Assembly: GCA_002414905.1 (NCBI GenBank)
Contig: DIAY01000212.1
Coordinates: forward strand, 51,697 to 115,696
Reading direction: 5' to 3'
Length of the DNA: 64,000 nt
From: Holophagales bacterium UBA5066
GTDB lineage: Bacteria; Acidobacteriota; Thermoanaerobaculia; UBA5066
In this document: positions 17,462 to 26,734 of the stretch, in pieces
Position numbering within the stretch: the stretch's first letter is position 1
Layout: every line of letters begins with the position of its first letter
Translations under genes and position numbers: made by a program
The notes under the pieces: generated by a model
What the model was told of the DNA's origin: nothing
The model's database searches: none
Seen by the model: the letters and a program-made list of their open reading frames with translations, nothing else

Positions 17462-18301
17462 TCAGAGGAGCGCGAGGATTCGATCGCGCGGCGGGATTCC
17501 CCCGCACTCGACCGCACACGTTCCCCACGCCACCGCCGTGACGAGGGCCGTCTCCATCGAGGACCCCGCGGCGAGCGCATGCAGGAGCCCCGCGGCGAAG
17601 ACGTCGCCGGCCCCCGTGCTGTCGACGGGGGACGCCTCCCTTGCCGGGACGTGGAAGCGCCGGTCGGCGGAATGGGCCTCGGCTCCGCCCGCTCCTCGCG
17701 TCACGACCATCCAGCTCAGCGCCTCGCCTGCCGCCCTCCGTCCCGTTTCCCACGGTGCGAGTCTCTCCTCGTCCGGGAGGTCCGCCGCGGAGGCGACGAG
17801 GACGTGCGCGGGGCGGATGCCGGGTCCGGACGGCGGCACGTGTGCCACGACGAGGGCCGAATCGAGCCGTGCGGCCAGGATCGGCGCGAGGTCGAGCTCG
17901 CGGCTCCTCACGTAGATCACGTCGGCCGGGATCGTCTGCAGCCGCCGGGGTGGGCCCTCCTCGCGGCAGCGGTGGAGGTTCACGACGGTCCTCTCGCCGT
18001 CGGGCTCGACGAGGACGAGGGAGCGTGTGCTCGGACCGGCGCGACGGATCACCTGCGACGTGTCGACCCCGGCGTCAGAGAGTCGCGCGAGGATGATGCT
18101 TCCCTCGGGATCGGTCCCGACGGAGGAGACGACCGTCACCGCGTGCCCGGCGAAGGAGAGCGGGATCGCCGTATTCGCCGCACCGCCGCCGACGCGCCGG
18201 CCCCGCTCGCGTCCGTCGAGGTGCATCCCCGCGCGCAGCGGCTGGCGCAGTGTGACGACCTCGTCGATCGAGATGGAGCCGACGACGACGATACGGGACA
18301 T
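17462..18301 (-). CDS. PfkB-family carbohydrate kinase (ribokinase-like)
   Basis: N-terminal MSRIVVVGSISIDEV and C-terminal DSTGAGDVFAAGLL kinase signature. Confidence 0.85.
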   Translation of the reverse strand: MSRIVVVGSISIDEVVTLRQPLRAGMHLDGRERGRRVGGGAANTAIPLSFAGHAVTVVSSVGTDPEGSIILARLSDAGVDTSQVIRRAGPSTRSLVLVEPDGERTVVNLHRCREEGPPRRLQTIPADVIYVRSRELDLAPILAARLDSALVVAHVPPSGPGIRPAHVLVASAADLPDEERLAPWETGRRAAGEALSWMVVTRGAGGAEAHSADRRFHVPAREASPVDSTGAGDVFAAGLLHALAAGSSMETALVTAVAWGTCAVECGGIPPRDRILALL

Positions 18302-18345
18302 TTCGAGAGCCTAGGCTACGCCTATCGGGCCCGGCGCCCCTCGCT

Positions 18346-18888
18346 TCAGACCTCGCACTCCAGCATCGCGCGGAAGTACGACTGCGGGTGCGCGCAGACG
18401 GTGCAGACCTTCGGTGCCTCCAGCCCCTTTTCGATGTGTCCGCAGTTCGTGCAGTACCAGTAGACCTCGGTCCCCTTCTTGAAGACGGCACCGGCCTTGA
18501 GGTCCTCGAGGGCCTTGCGGAACCGCATCTCGTGGTGCTTCTCGACATCGGCGAGCTGAGTAAAGAAGTGGGCGATCGGGACGAAGCCTTCCTCCCCGGC
18601 CTCCTTCGCCATCCTCACGTACATGTCGGTCCACTCCATGTTCTCTGCCGCGATGCACGTCTCGAGGTTCGCGTCCGTCGCGGCGAGCATGTCGAGGAAC
18701 TTGAACATCCGCTTGGCGTGCTCTTTCTCCTCCTCGGCCGTCGTCTCGAAGACCTTCGCGATCTCGAGGAGGCCCGACTTGCGGGCCTCGCTCGCGAAGA
18801 AGGTGTACTTGTTGCGGGCCATCGATTCGCCGGCAAAGGCTTCCTTCAGGTTCTTCTCGGTCTTCGTTCCGGTCAGCTTTCCAGCCAT
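18346..18888 (-). CDS. rbr: rubrerythrin
   Basis: Ferritin-like EEEKEHAKRM and FTQLADVEKHHE motifs plus a C-terminal rubredoxin CTNCGH...CTVCAH. Confidence 0.9.
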   Translation of the reverse strand: MAGKLTGTKTEKNLKEAFAGESMARNKYTFFASEARKSGLLEIAKVFETTAEEEKEHAKRMFKFLDMLAATDANLETCIAAENMEWTDMYVRMAKEAGEEGFVPIAHFFTQLADVEKHHEMRFRKALEDLKAGAVFKKGTEVYWYCTNCGHIEKGLEAPKVCTVCAHPQSYFRAMLECEV

Positions 18889-19011
18889 GGTTCTGCTCCT
18901 TCGTGTCCGGTATCCGTCGCCTCCATGGCGCCGTCATCGGGCCAACGGGCAAGCTTAGCGCGAATGGAGCTCGCGCGCGTCCGGGGTCGGCGCGGGTAAC
19001 ATCGGCGCCTG

Positions 19012-19782
19012 ATGACGAAGACGATTCCTCGTGGCCCGGACGGTCGGCGCGTCCGGCAGCTTCTCTCGCAGGCCAGACCGCACCGCACCGTCCCGGCGCG
19101 GGTGGAAGTGCTCTCGGCGAGCCTCGTCGGCTGCCCCTACGAAGCCAACGGGCTGGCAGGCTCGGCGGAGACGCCCGAGGTCTTCACCGCCTCCCTCGAC
19201 CGCTTCGACTGCGTGACCTACGTCGAGACGGTCCTCGCGCTGGCTCGCGCCTCCGGGCCCGACGGTTTCGCCGGGGAGCTGCGCCGGATCCGGTATGACG
19301 GCGGCGAGGTCGAGTGGGCCCGCCGGAACCACTACATGACCGACTGGGTCCGGCGGAACGCGAAGGCCGGACTCGTGAAGCCCGTCCCGCCGGGAGCGCT
19401 CGGCACGAAAAGGGCGCGGCTCCTCGACGCGGTCGAGGGCCTCCCGCCACGGCGGACGCGCTTTTCCTGCGTCCCGAAGGCGGGGTGGCCGGCGTTCGCT
19501 CCCCGCGTGAGAAACGGGGACGTGATTCTTTTCGCCAGTACGAACCCTCGACTCGACGTCTTCCACTGCGGCCTCCTCGTTCTCGCGGGCGGACGCTGGA
19601 ATCTCCGCCACGCCTCGCGCAGCCAGGGCCGGGTCGTGGAAGAGGAGCTTTCGGGTTTCCTCGCGGGCAACAGGATGGCCGGCGTGATCGTCGTGAGGCC
19701 GCTCGAGGTGGCCGGCCCGCCGGTTCCTCCCGCCCGCTCGTCGCCCGTGGTAAAGGGCGGCGGGGCGAAAGGGAAGGCGTGA
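19012..19782 (+). CDS. DUF1460-like (N-acetylmuramoyl-L-alanine amidase-like) protein
   Basis: Contains FDCVTYVETVLALA and ends DVFHCGLLVLAGGRWNLRHAS. The fold assignment comes from family resemblance only. Confidence 0.55.
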   Translation: MTKTIPRGPDGRRVRQLLSQARPHRTVPARVEVLSASLVGCPYEANGLAGSAETPEVFTASLDRFDCVTYVETVLALARASGPDGFAGELRRIRYDGGEVEWARRNHYMTDWVRRNAKAGLVKPVPPGALGTKRARLLDAVEGLPPRRTRFSCVPKAGWPAFAPRVRNGDVILFASTNPRLDVFHCGLLVLAGGRWNLRHASRSQGRVVEEELSGFLAGNRMAGVIVVRPLEVAGPPVPPARSSPVVKGGGAKGKA

Positions 19783-21068
19783 GCGTCCTCCACCCGATGC
19801 CCCCTTCCTCCGGGGCCCTCGCCGCCCTCCTGGAGACGGCGGGCCAGGACGTCCTCTTCCTCGCCGACCCGCGCGTCACGGTGCATCCCGGGCCCAGGAT
19901 GTTCGAACGGATGGCACAGGTGCTGAGGGACACGGGTGCGGGCTGGGTCTACTCGGACGCCACCGGCCACCCGCGGATCGATTACCGTCCCGGGAGCCTG
20001 CGCGACACGTTCGAGTTCGGGCCGGTCGTCGCCCTCGCGGTGAACGCGGCGCGAGAGGCGGGCGCCGAGCCGGACCTTCGCTGGGGAGCCCTCTATGACC
20101 TCCGGCTCCGCCTCTCGGAGAGATGGCCGGTCGTCAGGATCCCGGAACCGCTCTACATGGCGAGCCTTGCCGAGGTGAGGCCCTCGAACGAGGCCCAGTT
20201 CGACTACGTCGATCCTCGCCACCGCGACTTCCAGGTCGAGATGGAGCGCGTCGCGACGGAACACCTCCGGCGGATCGGCGCGCTCCTCCCTCCGCGGTTC
20301 GAGGCGGTGTCGAGGTCGGACGGGAGCTTTCCGGTCGAAGCGAGCGTCGTCATTCCCGTCCGCAACCGCGAGCGGACGATCCTCGACGCCGTCGGCAGCG
20401 CGCTCTCGCAGCAGGCGCCGTTCCCGTTCAACGTCCTCGTCGTCGACAACCACTCCACCGACGGGACGACGGAGATGCTCCGCGGCGTCCGCGACCCGCG
20501 GCTCGTCCACGTCATTCCGGAACGGCGCGACCTCGGAATCGGCGGCTGCTGGGACGAGGCGGTCTTCCATCCGCGCTGCGGCCGCTTCTCGGTCCAGCTC
20601 GACTCGGACGACCTCTACCTCGACGAGAACGTCCTCGCCCGCATCGTCGGGGGGCTGGAACGGGGGCCGTACGCGATGGTCGTCGCGTCGTACACGATGG
20701 TCGACTTCGCGCTGAACGAGATTCCGCCCGGCCTCGTCGACCACCGCGAGTGGACTCGCGAGAACGGCCGCAACAACGCCCTTCGCGTGAACGGTTTCGG
20801 CGCGCCGCGGGCCTTCGACACCGCGGTCCTCCGGCGCGTCGGCTTCCCGAACGTCAGCTACGGCGAGGACTACGCCGTCGCCCTCCGGATGAGCCGCGAG
20901 TACGAGATCGGCCGCATCTACGAGTCGGTCTACCTCTGCCGCCGCTGGGAAGGGAACTCCGACAGCGCCCTCCCGCTCGAGACGCAGAACCGCTACGACG
21001 CCTACAAGGACTGGCTCCGGACGGTGGAGATCGCCGCCCGGCAGCGAACGCCGGGAGCCCGGCCCTGA
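19779..21068 (+). CDS. family 2 glycosyltransferase with a ~180-aa N-terminal extension
   Basis: The GT2 core ASVVIPVRNRERTILDAVGS...VLVVDNHSTDGT...QLDSDD lies in the second half of the protein. The start is either the GTG at 19779 overlapping the upstream stop or the ATG at 19797. Confidence 0.8.
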   Translation: MSVLHPMPPSSGALAALLETAGQDVLFLADPRVTVHPGPRMFERMAQVLRDTGAGWVYSDATGHPRIDYRPGSLRDTFEFGPVVALAVNAAREAGAEPDLRWGALYDLRLRLSERWPVVRIPEPLYMASLAEVRPSNEAQFDYVDPRHRDFQVEMERVATEHLRRIGALLPPRFEAVSRSDGSFPVEASVVIPVRNRERTILDAVGSALSQQAPFPFNVLVVDNHSTDGTTEMLRGVRDPRLVHVIPERRDLGIGGCWDEAVFHPRCGRFSVQLDSDDLYLDENVLARIVGGLERGPYAMVVASYTMVDFALNEIPPGLVDHREWTRENGRNNALRVNGFGAPRAFDTAVLRRVGFPNVSYGEDYAVALRMSREYEIGRIYESVYLCRRWEGNSDSALPLETQNRYDAYKDWLRTVEIAARQRTPGARP

Positions 21069-21973
21069 AGGTCGACCTCCCGCGGGACGTCGAGGCGCTC
21101 TTCCGGCAACAGCGGGAGGAGTGGCCCCTGCTTCGGAAGGGCCTGGCGGGCCTCGCCGAAGCCCTCACGCGTCCCCTGATCTCAGATGGGGTCGAGGTCC
21201 TGCTGCGCCACATTCCGCACCGCGTCGCGAGCACGACGGCGGCCGTGGATCGCGAGTCGATCGCGAGGCGCCCCTGCTTCCTCTGTGTCGCGAACCTTCC
21301 CCCGGAGCAGAGGGGCCTCGCGTGGGGCGAGGGCTTCACGCTCCTCTGCAACCCGTTCCCCATCGTGGAACGGCACCTCACCATCGTCCACCGGGAGCAT
21401 CGCCCACAGCAAATCGAGGGACAGGTCGGAACGATGCTCGACCTCGCGGCGGCGCTTCCCGGCTTTTTCACCGTCTACAACGGCCCGCAGTGCGGCGCCT
21501 CTGCACCCGACCACCTGCACCTGCAGGCCGGATTGCGGGACGAGCTCCCGATCGTGAGGGAAACGGCCGGGAAAGCGGGGCCGGCGATCGAGACATACGG
21601 GGTAAGGGCGCTGCTCTTGCGCGGGCCGGACCGGTCGCAAGTCGTGGACGAGACGGAACGGGCCCTCGCGCTCCTCTCCGCCGTGACCGGGAAGGAGCCG
21701 GAGCCGTGGTGCAACGTCGCGGCCTGGGCGGAGCCGGAGTCCGGCTTCTCGCTGGTGCTGTACCCCCGAAGCAGGCACCGGCCCGACGCCTTTCACACGG
21801 GCGAGCTGGCAGTCAGCCCGGCCACGATCGATATGTCGGGAATTCTCGTGGCGCCCTTTGCGAGGGATTTCGAGTGTCTCTCCGGCGACGACGCGGCGGC
21901 CGTCTACCGCGAAGTCACGATTCCCCAGGACCAGTTCCGGGACGTTCTGGCCCGGCTGGAGAGCCGATGCTGA
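21065..21973 (+). CDS. DUF4922-like protein (HIT/GalT-like nucleotidyltransferase fold, HLHLQ motif)
   Basis: This is the C-terminal ~300 codons of ORF 20123..21973. It contains LLCNPFPIVERHLTIVHREH and DHLHLQAG. No ATG, GTG or TTG occurs in frame between the GT2 stop and residue ~115, so the start is unresolved. It lies in the -1 frame relative to GT2. Confidence 0.6.
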   Translation: MKVDLPRDVEALFRQQREEWPLLRKGLAGLAEALTRPLISDGVEVLLRHIPHRVASTTAAVDRESIARRPCFLCVANLPPEQRGLAWGEGFTLLCNPFPIVERHLTIVHREHRPQQIEGQVGTMLDLAAALPGFFTVYNGPQCGASAPDHLHLQAGLRDELPIVRETAGKAGPAIETYGVRALLLRGPDRSQVVDETERALALLSAVTGKEPEPWCNVAAWAEPESGFSLVLYPRSRHRPDAFHTGELAVSPATIDMSGILVAPFARDFECLSGDDAAAVYREVTIPQDQFRDVLARLESRC

Positions 21974-23190
21974 ACGTCGCGGTCGGCCTGATGGAGGGTC
22001 TCCCGGCGGTCGAGGTCGAGCTGCTCGGGGAGTTCACCGACCCGGCCGGCGTCCGGCTCACGCCCGGGCGGCGCCGGCTCGAGGCGGAAACGACGCTCGT
22101 TCCCTCCGACCCGGCCTCGTCCGCCTTCGCCTTCGACCACGTCACGATCGGCATCGGTTTCCACTGGGAGCGGAAGGAACGGCAGGTGTTTCGCGGAACC
22201 CTCCGCGTCCTTCGCCGTCTCGCGGGGCTGACGGTCGTCAACGACGTGACGCTCGAGGCGTACGTCGCGAGCGTGATCTCCTCGGAGATGAGCGCGACGT
22301 GCCCGGTCGAGCTCCTGAAAGCCCATGCCGTCATCTCGCGCAGCTGGCTGAAAGGGCCGGCCGCGGCCGGGGTCGCGTCGCCGCCGACAACCGCGTCCGG
22401 CGAGATCCTTCGCTGGTACGGCCGCGAGGCGCACCCCGACTTCGAGGTCTGTGCCGACGACCACTGCCAGCGCTACCAGGGGATCACAAAGGCCGTCTCG
22501 CCCGCCGTCGCCGCCGCCGTTGACGCCACCGCGGGCGAGATGCTCCGCTTCGGCGGTGCGATCTGCGACACGCGCTTCTCCAAGTGCTGCGGCGGACTCA
22601 CCGAACGCTACGACACGGCGTGGGACGACCAGGAGATTCCCTACCTCGTCTCGTTCTCCGACGGCCTGACGGAGCCGGTCCCCGCGGATCTCGACCGTTT
22701 CATTCGCTCGAGTCCGCCGGCTTTCTGCAACACGACCGACGCGGCCCTCCTCGCCCGCATCCTTCCCGGCTTCGACCAGGAAACCCGCGACTTCTTCCGT
22801 TGGACCGTCTCGTACGAGGGGGAGGAGCTGGGCGAGCTCGTCGCCTCCCGTCTCGGCGTTGACCTCGGGCCAGTCGTGGCCCTGGAGCCCCTCGCGCGCG
22901 GCCCCTCGGGACGGATCTTCCGCCTCCGGATCACGGGCGAGCGCGGCACGCTCGTCGTCGGCAAGGAGCTCGAGATCCGGCGCTCTCTCTCCCGCTCGCA
23001 CCTCTACAGCTCGGCGTTCGTCGTCGACCGCGACGCGGCCGGCCGCTTCGTCCTGACCGGCGCGGGCTGGGGGCACGGCGTCGGCCTCTGCCAGATCGGG
23101 GCGGCGGTGATGGCGGAGCGGGGATACGGCTACCGCGAGATCCTCGCGCACTACTACCCGGGGACGATGGTCGGACGACAGGAATACTGA
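21967..23190 (+). CDS. SpoIID/LytB domain protein
   Basis: Contains MLNVAVGLMEG...EAYVASVISSEM...KAHAVISRSW and a C-terminal GWGHGVGLCQIGAAVMAERGY. Its ATG overlaps the DUF4922 stop as ATGCTGA. Confidence 0.85.
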   Translation: MLNVAVGLMEGLPAVEVELLGEFTDPAGVRLTPGRRRLEAETTLVPSDPASSAFAFDHVTIGIGFHWERKERQVFRGTLRVLRRLAGLTVVNDVTLEAYVASVISSEMSATCPVELLKAHAVISRSWLKGPAAAGVASPPTTASGEILRWYGREAHPDFEVCADDHCQRYQGITKAVSPAVAAAVDATAGEMLRFGGAICDTRFSKCCGGLTERYDTAWDDQEIPYLVSFSDGLTEPVPADLDRFIRSSPPAFCNTTDAALLARILPGFDQETRDFFRWTVSYEGEELGELVASRLGVDLGPVVALEPLARGPSGRIFRLRITGERGTLVVGKELEIRRSLSRSHLYSSAFVVDRDAAGRFVLTGAGWGHGVGLCQIGAAVMAERGYGYREILAHYYPGTMVGRQEY

Positions 23191-23378
23191 TTTCGGCCGA
23201 AGGCTTGCGGAGAGCCAGGAAGAGATCCGAGTACGGTATTCGGCCTTCGCGATCAGGAAGAAGTGGGAAAGCGGGAATCTCGTCGGCAGCGGGAGGCGGG
23301 GCGCTTCCCGATTCGCCGTGCACCGCGGGCCAGGAGGCGCGATCGGAGGGTCCTCCGCTCCTGAGCGTCGGCCGGCCC

Positions 23379-24170
23379 TCAGGCCTGAAGGTGCGCGGGC
23401 AGCTCCCGTGCGACCCGGCGGGTCGCTTCGCGGCGAGCCGTCAGCGTGGCGGCGGCATAGGGGTCGTCGTAGAACGCGGCCCACAGGCCCAGAGCGGTTT
23501 CGGAAGCGTCCGGGTCGTCGGGCTTCATGGCGTCGAGGTCGACGACGAGATGCTCGGAGGTGTCGTCGTCGGAGGCGAGGAAGTCGAGGGCGACCTGGGA
23601 GCAGGGGCAGTCCGGCGCCAGGCACCAGAAATCGACGATCCAGTACTTTCTCCCTCCGACGAGGACCGACAGGTCCCACCGGCTCGGGAAGATCTCGAGA
23701 AAGGGGACCATCGCCTCCAGGTCGATGCTGCTCCAGTCGGATTCCTTCCACTCGTCCTGGTCTTCCTGTTTCCGCCCGCGTCGCCATCTCTCCTGGAGCA
23801 GCTCGAGCGTCTCGCCCTGGACGAGCCGGCGGAGCCGGGCGAGAAGGGTCTCTGCCTCGCTTCCGGGCTCGGGGGCGGTCTCGACGGCGAGCTCGCCCGA
23901 CTCGACGTCGAGCAGGGCCTGCAGCGGTTCGCCTTCTCCTTCTTCAATCTGGCCGTCGACGAGATAGAGCGGCTGGGCGAGCAGCTCCACCTCGTGGCAA
24001 GGGCATTCGGTCCCGGTGCAGCTGGCCGTGTCGAGGGCGACGATCGCGGCCGGCGTGCCGTCCGCCGGCTTCTCGCGCAGGACAAGCCTCTCCCCGTCGT
24101 CGAACGTTCGTTCGAAGCCGATCGTCTCTTCGGAATCCACGGACGGCGCGTTCTCTTCGTGGGTCGTCAT
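23379..24170 (-). CDS. acidic hypothetical protein with an internal duplication, each half carrying C-x5-C-P-C
   Basis: Start MTTHEENAP. The two halves carry IVALDTASCTGTECPCHEVELL and WIVDFWCLAPDCPCSQVALDF, and the protein is strongly Asp/Glu-rich. Confidence 0.5.
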   Translation of the reverse strand: MTTHEENAPSVDSEETIGFERTFDDGERLVLREKPADGTPAAIVALDTASCTGTECPCHEVELLAQPLYLVDGQIEEGEGEPLQALLDVESGELAVETAPEPGSEAETLLARLRRLVQGETLELLQERWRRGRKQEDQDEWKESDWSSIDLEAMVPFLEIFPSRWDLSVLVGGRKYWIVDFWCLAPDCPCSQVALDFLASDDDTSEHLVVDLDAMKPDDPDASETALGLWAAFYDDPYAAATLTARREATRRVARELPAHLQA

Positions 24171-24291
24171 CTCGCTGTTCCTCTGTTTCTGCAAGCCGCG
24201 GCCGGCGTTTCCGCAATCCAGGACGTGGGGACCTTCGCCGTCGCGCCGCGTGAAGGATAGATCCACGCCGCGGTGAGAGGGTCTCCCGGGG

Positions 24292-25125
24292 TCAGGCCCC
24301 GGTCAGGCTCACGGCGATCAGCGTCTGGCCGAGGTAGTACGCGGGGAGGCCGACGAGCTTGTTGGCGAAGGAGGGGCGGGAGAACCGTTCCCGTGCCACC
24401 AGAAGGTCGGACGCGGCGACGAGAGTGACTCCGGCGGCGAGCGACCAGCTTGAGGAGGTGGCTCCGGCCGCGATTCCGGAGGCGGACATCGTCACCAGAA
24501 CGAGGACGTAGGTGGCGACCGGCAGACGAAGTCCCTCCGGCAGGCGCGGTCGAAGCGCGTGCCAGGCAGCCAGGCCCGCGAGGCCGAAAAGGCCGCCCGA
24601 GACGAGGATCGCCGGACCCGTGCCCGCTCCGTGCAGGAGGAAGGCCACGGAATAGCAGGCGTGGGCAGCGGCGAAGCATGCGAGGCCGGCGAGAAAGGAG
24701 CGCGGGAGCGGGAGGGACAGGGCGATGTCTCCCGCGGCCGAAAGCAGGAGGGCGGCGAGAGCGAGGCGGGTCCAGGACGAGCCGGTGGCGCCGGCTGCCA
24801 GGGCCGTCCCGACGAAGGCGAGCGAGGCCACGGCCTTGCTGGCGAGGTAGGCGCGTGGCGCCGCTCTGCGGTAGGAGAAGAGCGCCCCCGCCAGGCCGAT
24901 ACCGGTGAACGCAACGAAGACCGTGAGCGCAGCGGGCTTCTGTCGTGAGGCTCCGGCCGCGCCCGCAAGCGCGTCCCGGTTCCGACGGTCGGCAGGCGTC
25001 ACCTGGTTGCGTGCGTCCGGGAGGCCCGCCGTCGGGTGAGCGATCACGCGATCCGTGGCGTTCGCGGAGGCACACGTGGAGAGCACCCAGAGAGCCAGGA
25101 GGCAAACGAGACGCTTCACCCGCAT
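24292..25125 (-). CDS. YhhN-family (lysoplasmalogenase-like) membrane protein
   Basis: Polytopic, with the C-terminal motif VGLPAYYLGQTLIAVS and an N-terminal signal-like segment. Confidence 0.6.
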   Translation of the reverse strand: MRVKRLVCLLALWVLSTCASANATDRVIAHPTAGLPDARNQVTPADRRNRDALAGAAGASRQKPAALTVFVAFTGIGLAGALFSYRRAAPRAYLASKAVASLAFVGTALAAGATGSSWTRLALAALLLSAAGDIALSLPLPRSFLAGLACFAAAHACYSVAFLLHGAGTGPAILVSGGLFGLAGLAAWHALRPRLPEGLRLPVATYVLVLVTMSASGIAAGATSSSWSLAAGVTLVAASDLLVARERFSRPSFANKLVGLPAYYLGQTLIAVSLTGA

Positions 25126-25288
25126 CGCGTCGCGGATCGTCTCATCGACCGTTCCCCTCCCTTGTGAGTTCGGCGCTCGCGGCTCTGTCGCGTGGGCCTG
25201 GGCGCGTTCCTCGGCTTGCCGCGCACGACGTTGGAACGGGCGCCGTAGTCGCCCGGGCTCTGCCGGCGGGAGAAGAAGTGGGTCGTCC

Positions 25289-26185
25289 CTAGGCTCGAGC
25301 CGCGTTTCTCCAGTAGCGCATCAGCCCGGTCACGTTCATCGCGAACGGCAGCGCGTAGCCGTACTCCGCAAGGCCCTCCTCCGAGACACCCGCCGCGCGG
25401 AGCCGCCCCGTGAGCCACGCCACGAACTCGGGAACGATCGCGGCCTCGTCCTTTCCCTCGTCCATCCGGGACTTCACCCACTCCGCCCAGGCCGCCAGCT
25501 CGACCTCGAGGGCATCGAGGTGCTCCTCCACGTCGTCGAACCGGTCGAAGTGCGTCGGGTAGAGCGCCGCGGGTTTCAGCTCGCGTAGCCGTGCGAGCGA
25601 AGCCCGCCAGACCGGGAGGTCGATGTCGGGAGGAGGCGTCGGCGGGAGGACCGGCCCGCCCGCGACCCTCACCCCGCCGACGTCGCCCGTGAAGGCGAGG
25701 CCATCGACGACATAGGCGTTGTGGTGGATCGCGTGCCCGGGTGTCGCGACGACGAGAACCTCGGCACCTCCGACGCGAAGGACCTGGCCATCTTCCGTCA
25801 CCCGAAGCCTCTCGGGAGGAATCGGCTCCAGCGTCCCCCAGAGCTCGTCCATCTTCTCCGCGTAGATTCGCGTCGCCGAGGCGAGGAGCTTCGACGGGTC
25901 GGCCAGGTGCGGCGCCCCCCTCGGGTGAACGTGGACCGTCGCACCTTCCATCGCCATCCGCCACGCCCCGCCGGCGTGGTCGAGGTGGATGTGGGTGAGA
26001 AAGACCGTCTTCACGTCCCGCGGCGAGAGGCCGTGCCGGGCGAGGCCGGAGACGAGGTTCGGGAAGGTCGAGTCGGGTCCCGTCTCGACGAGCGCGGCCT
26101 CGCCGTTGGACTCGATGAGATAGGACGCCGTCGTCCGCTGCCGGCCGAGACCGAGGTCGAGCGTGTGGATCTTCGTCGTGCTCAC
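25289..26185 (-). CDS. MBL-fold metallo-hydrolase
   Basis: Contains THIHLDHAGG and GHAIHHNAY. The overlapping 501-aa ORF 25116..26621 is in another frame and is Arg/Gly junk. Confidence 0.85.
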   Translation of the reverse strand: MSTTKIHTLDLGLGRQRTTASYLIESNGEAALVETGPDSTFPNLVSGLARHGLSPRDVKTVFLTHIHLDHAGGAWRMAMEGATVHVHPRGAPHLADPSKLLASATRIYAEKMDELWGTLEPIPPERLRVTEDGQVLRVGGAEVLVVATPGHAIHHNAYVVDGLAFTGDVGGVRVAGGPVLPPTPPPDIDLPVWRASLARLRELKPAALYPTHFDRFDDVEEHLDALEVELAAWAEWVKSRMDEGKDEAAIVPEFVAWLTGRLRAAGVSEEGLAEYGYALPFAMNVTGLMRYWRNAARA

Positions 26186-26242
26186 GTCCCGATACTGCTC
26201 GAACCCGGCCTCCTCCGCCAGACGGCGGACGGAGCCCGTCCT

Positions 26243-26545
26243 TTACTCGAGGCGAACACTTCCCTCGCCCTTCAGGTCGACCCGGATTCGCAGGTCGCTG
26301 GCGGGGCGTCCGCCGGTTCCGTCGTACGTGCTGCACGGCAGGATGAGCAGCAATCCCCGGCTGGCGTCGTAGCTCGCCTTCAGCTTCGCCCAGTCGATTC
26401 CGTAGAACCCCATGGGGCTGCCCCCTTCCGGAGCGCTCGCCCGGCTCACCGCCACACATCTCGAGCCGATGGATTCCTCGGGAAGGAACACGAGGACGTG
26501 CAGGCTGCCCGAGACCGGCTCGCCGTCGGTGTCGACGAGCGGCAA
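26243..26545 (-). CDS. small hypothetical protein (100 aa)
   Basis: An open frame between the MBL and NAGS-like genes with plausible composition (MGFYGIDWAKLKASYD...) but no recognisable domain. Confidence 0.25.
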   Translation of the reverse strand: MPLVDTDGEPVSGSLHVLVFLPEESIGSRCVAVSRASAPEGGSPMGFYGIDWAKLKASYDASRGLLLILPCSTYDGTGGRPASDLRIRVDLKGEGSVRLE

Positions 26546-26734
26546 GGAGTTCTGTCGTGATCTTCAGCGGCAAGGAGGCAGGCTTCGGTCTTCCATCCTG
26601 CGAACAGCGAGCGGAGCGCAAAATGCAAATCAGACCCCATCCCTGACGAGTTGCGCGTGGGGACGGTGCGACTCATCCATCGCGGGCTGGCCGCGTTCTC
26701 CCCGGGGAGGACCGCGACCTGCGCGTGAGCGCGG

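Noticed and set aside
21065-21067. Confident call of CTG as the DUF4922 start codon
   Set aside because: It is merely the first possible codon after the GT2 stop. There is no SD and it is not a canonical start. It is kept as an open question in the findings.
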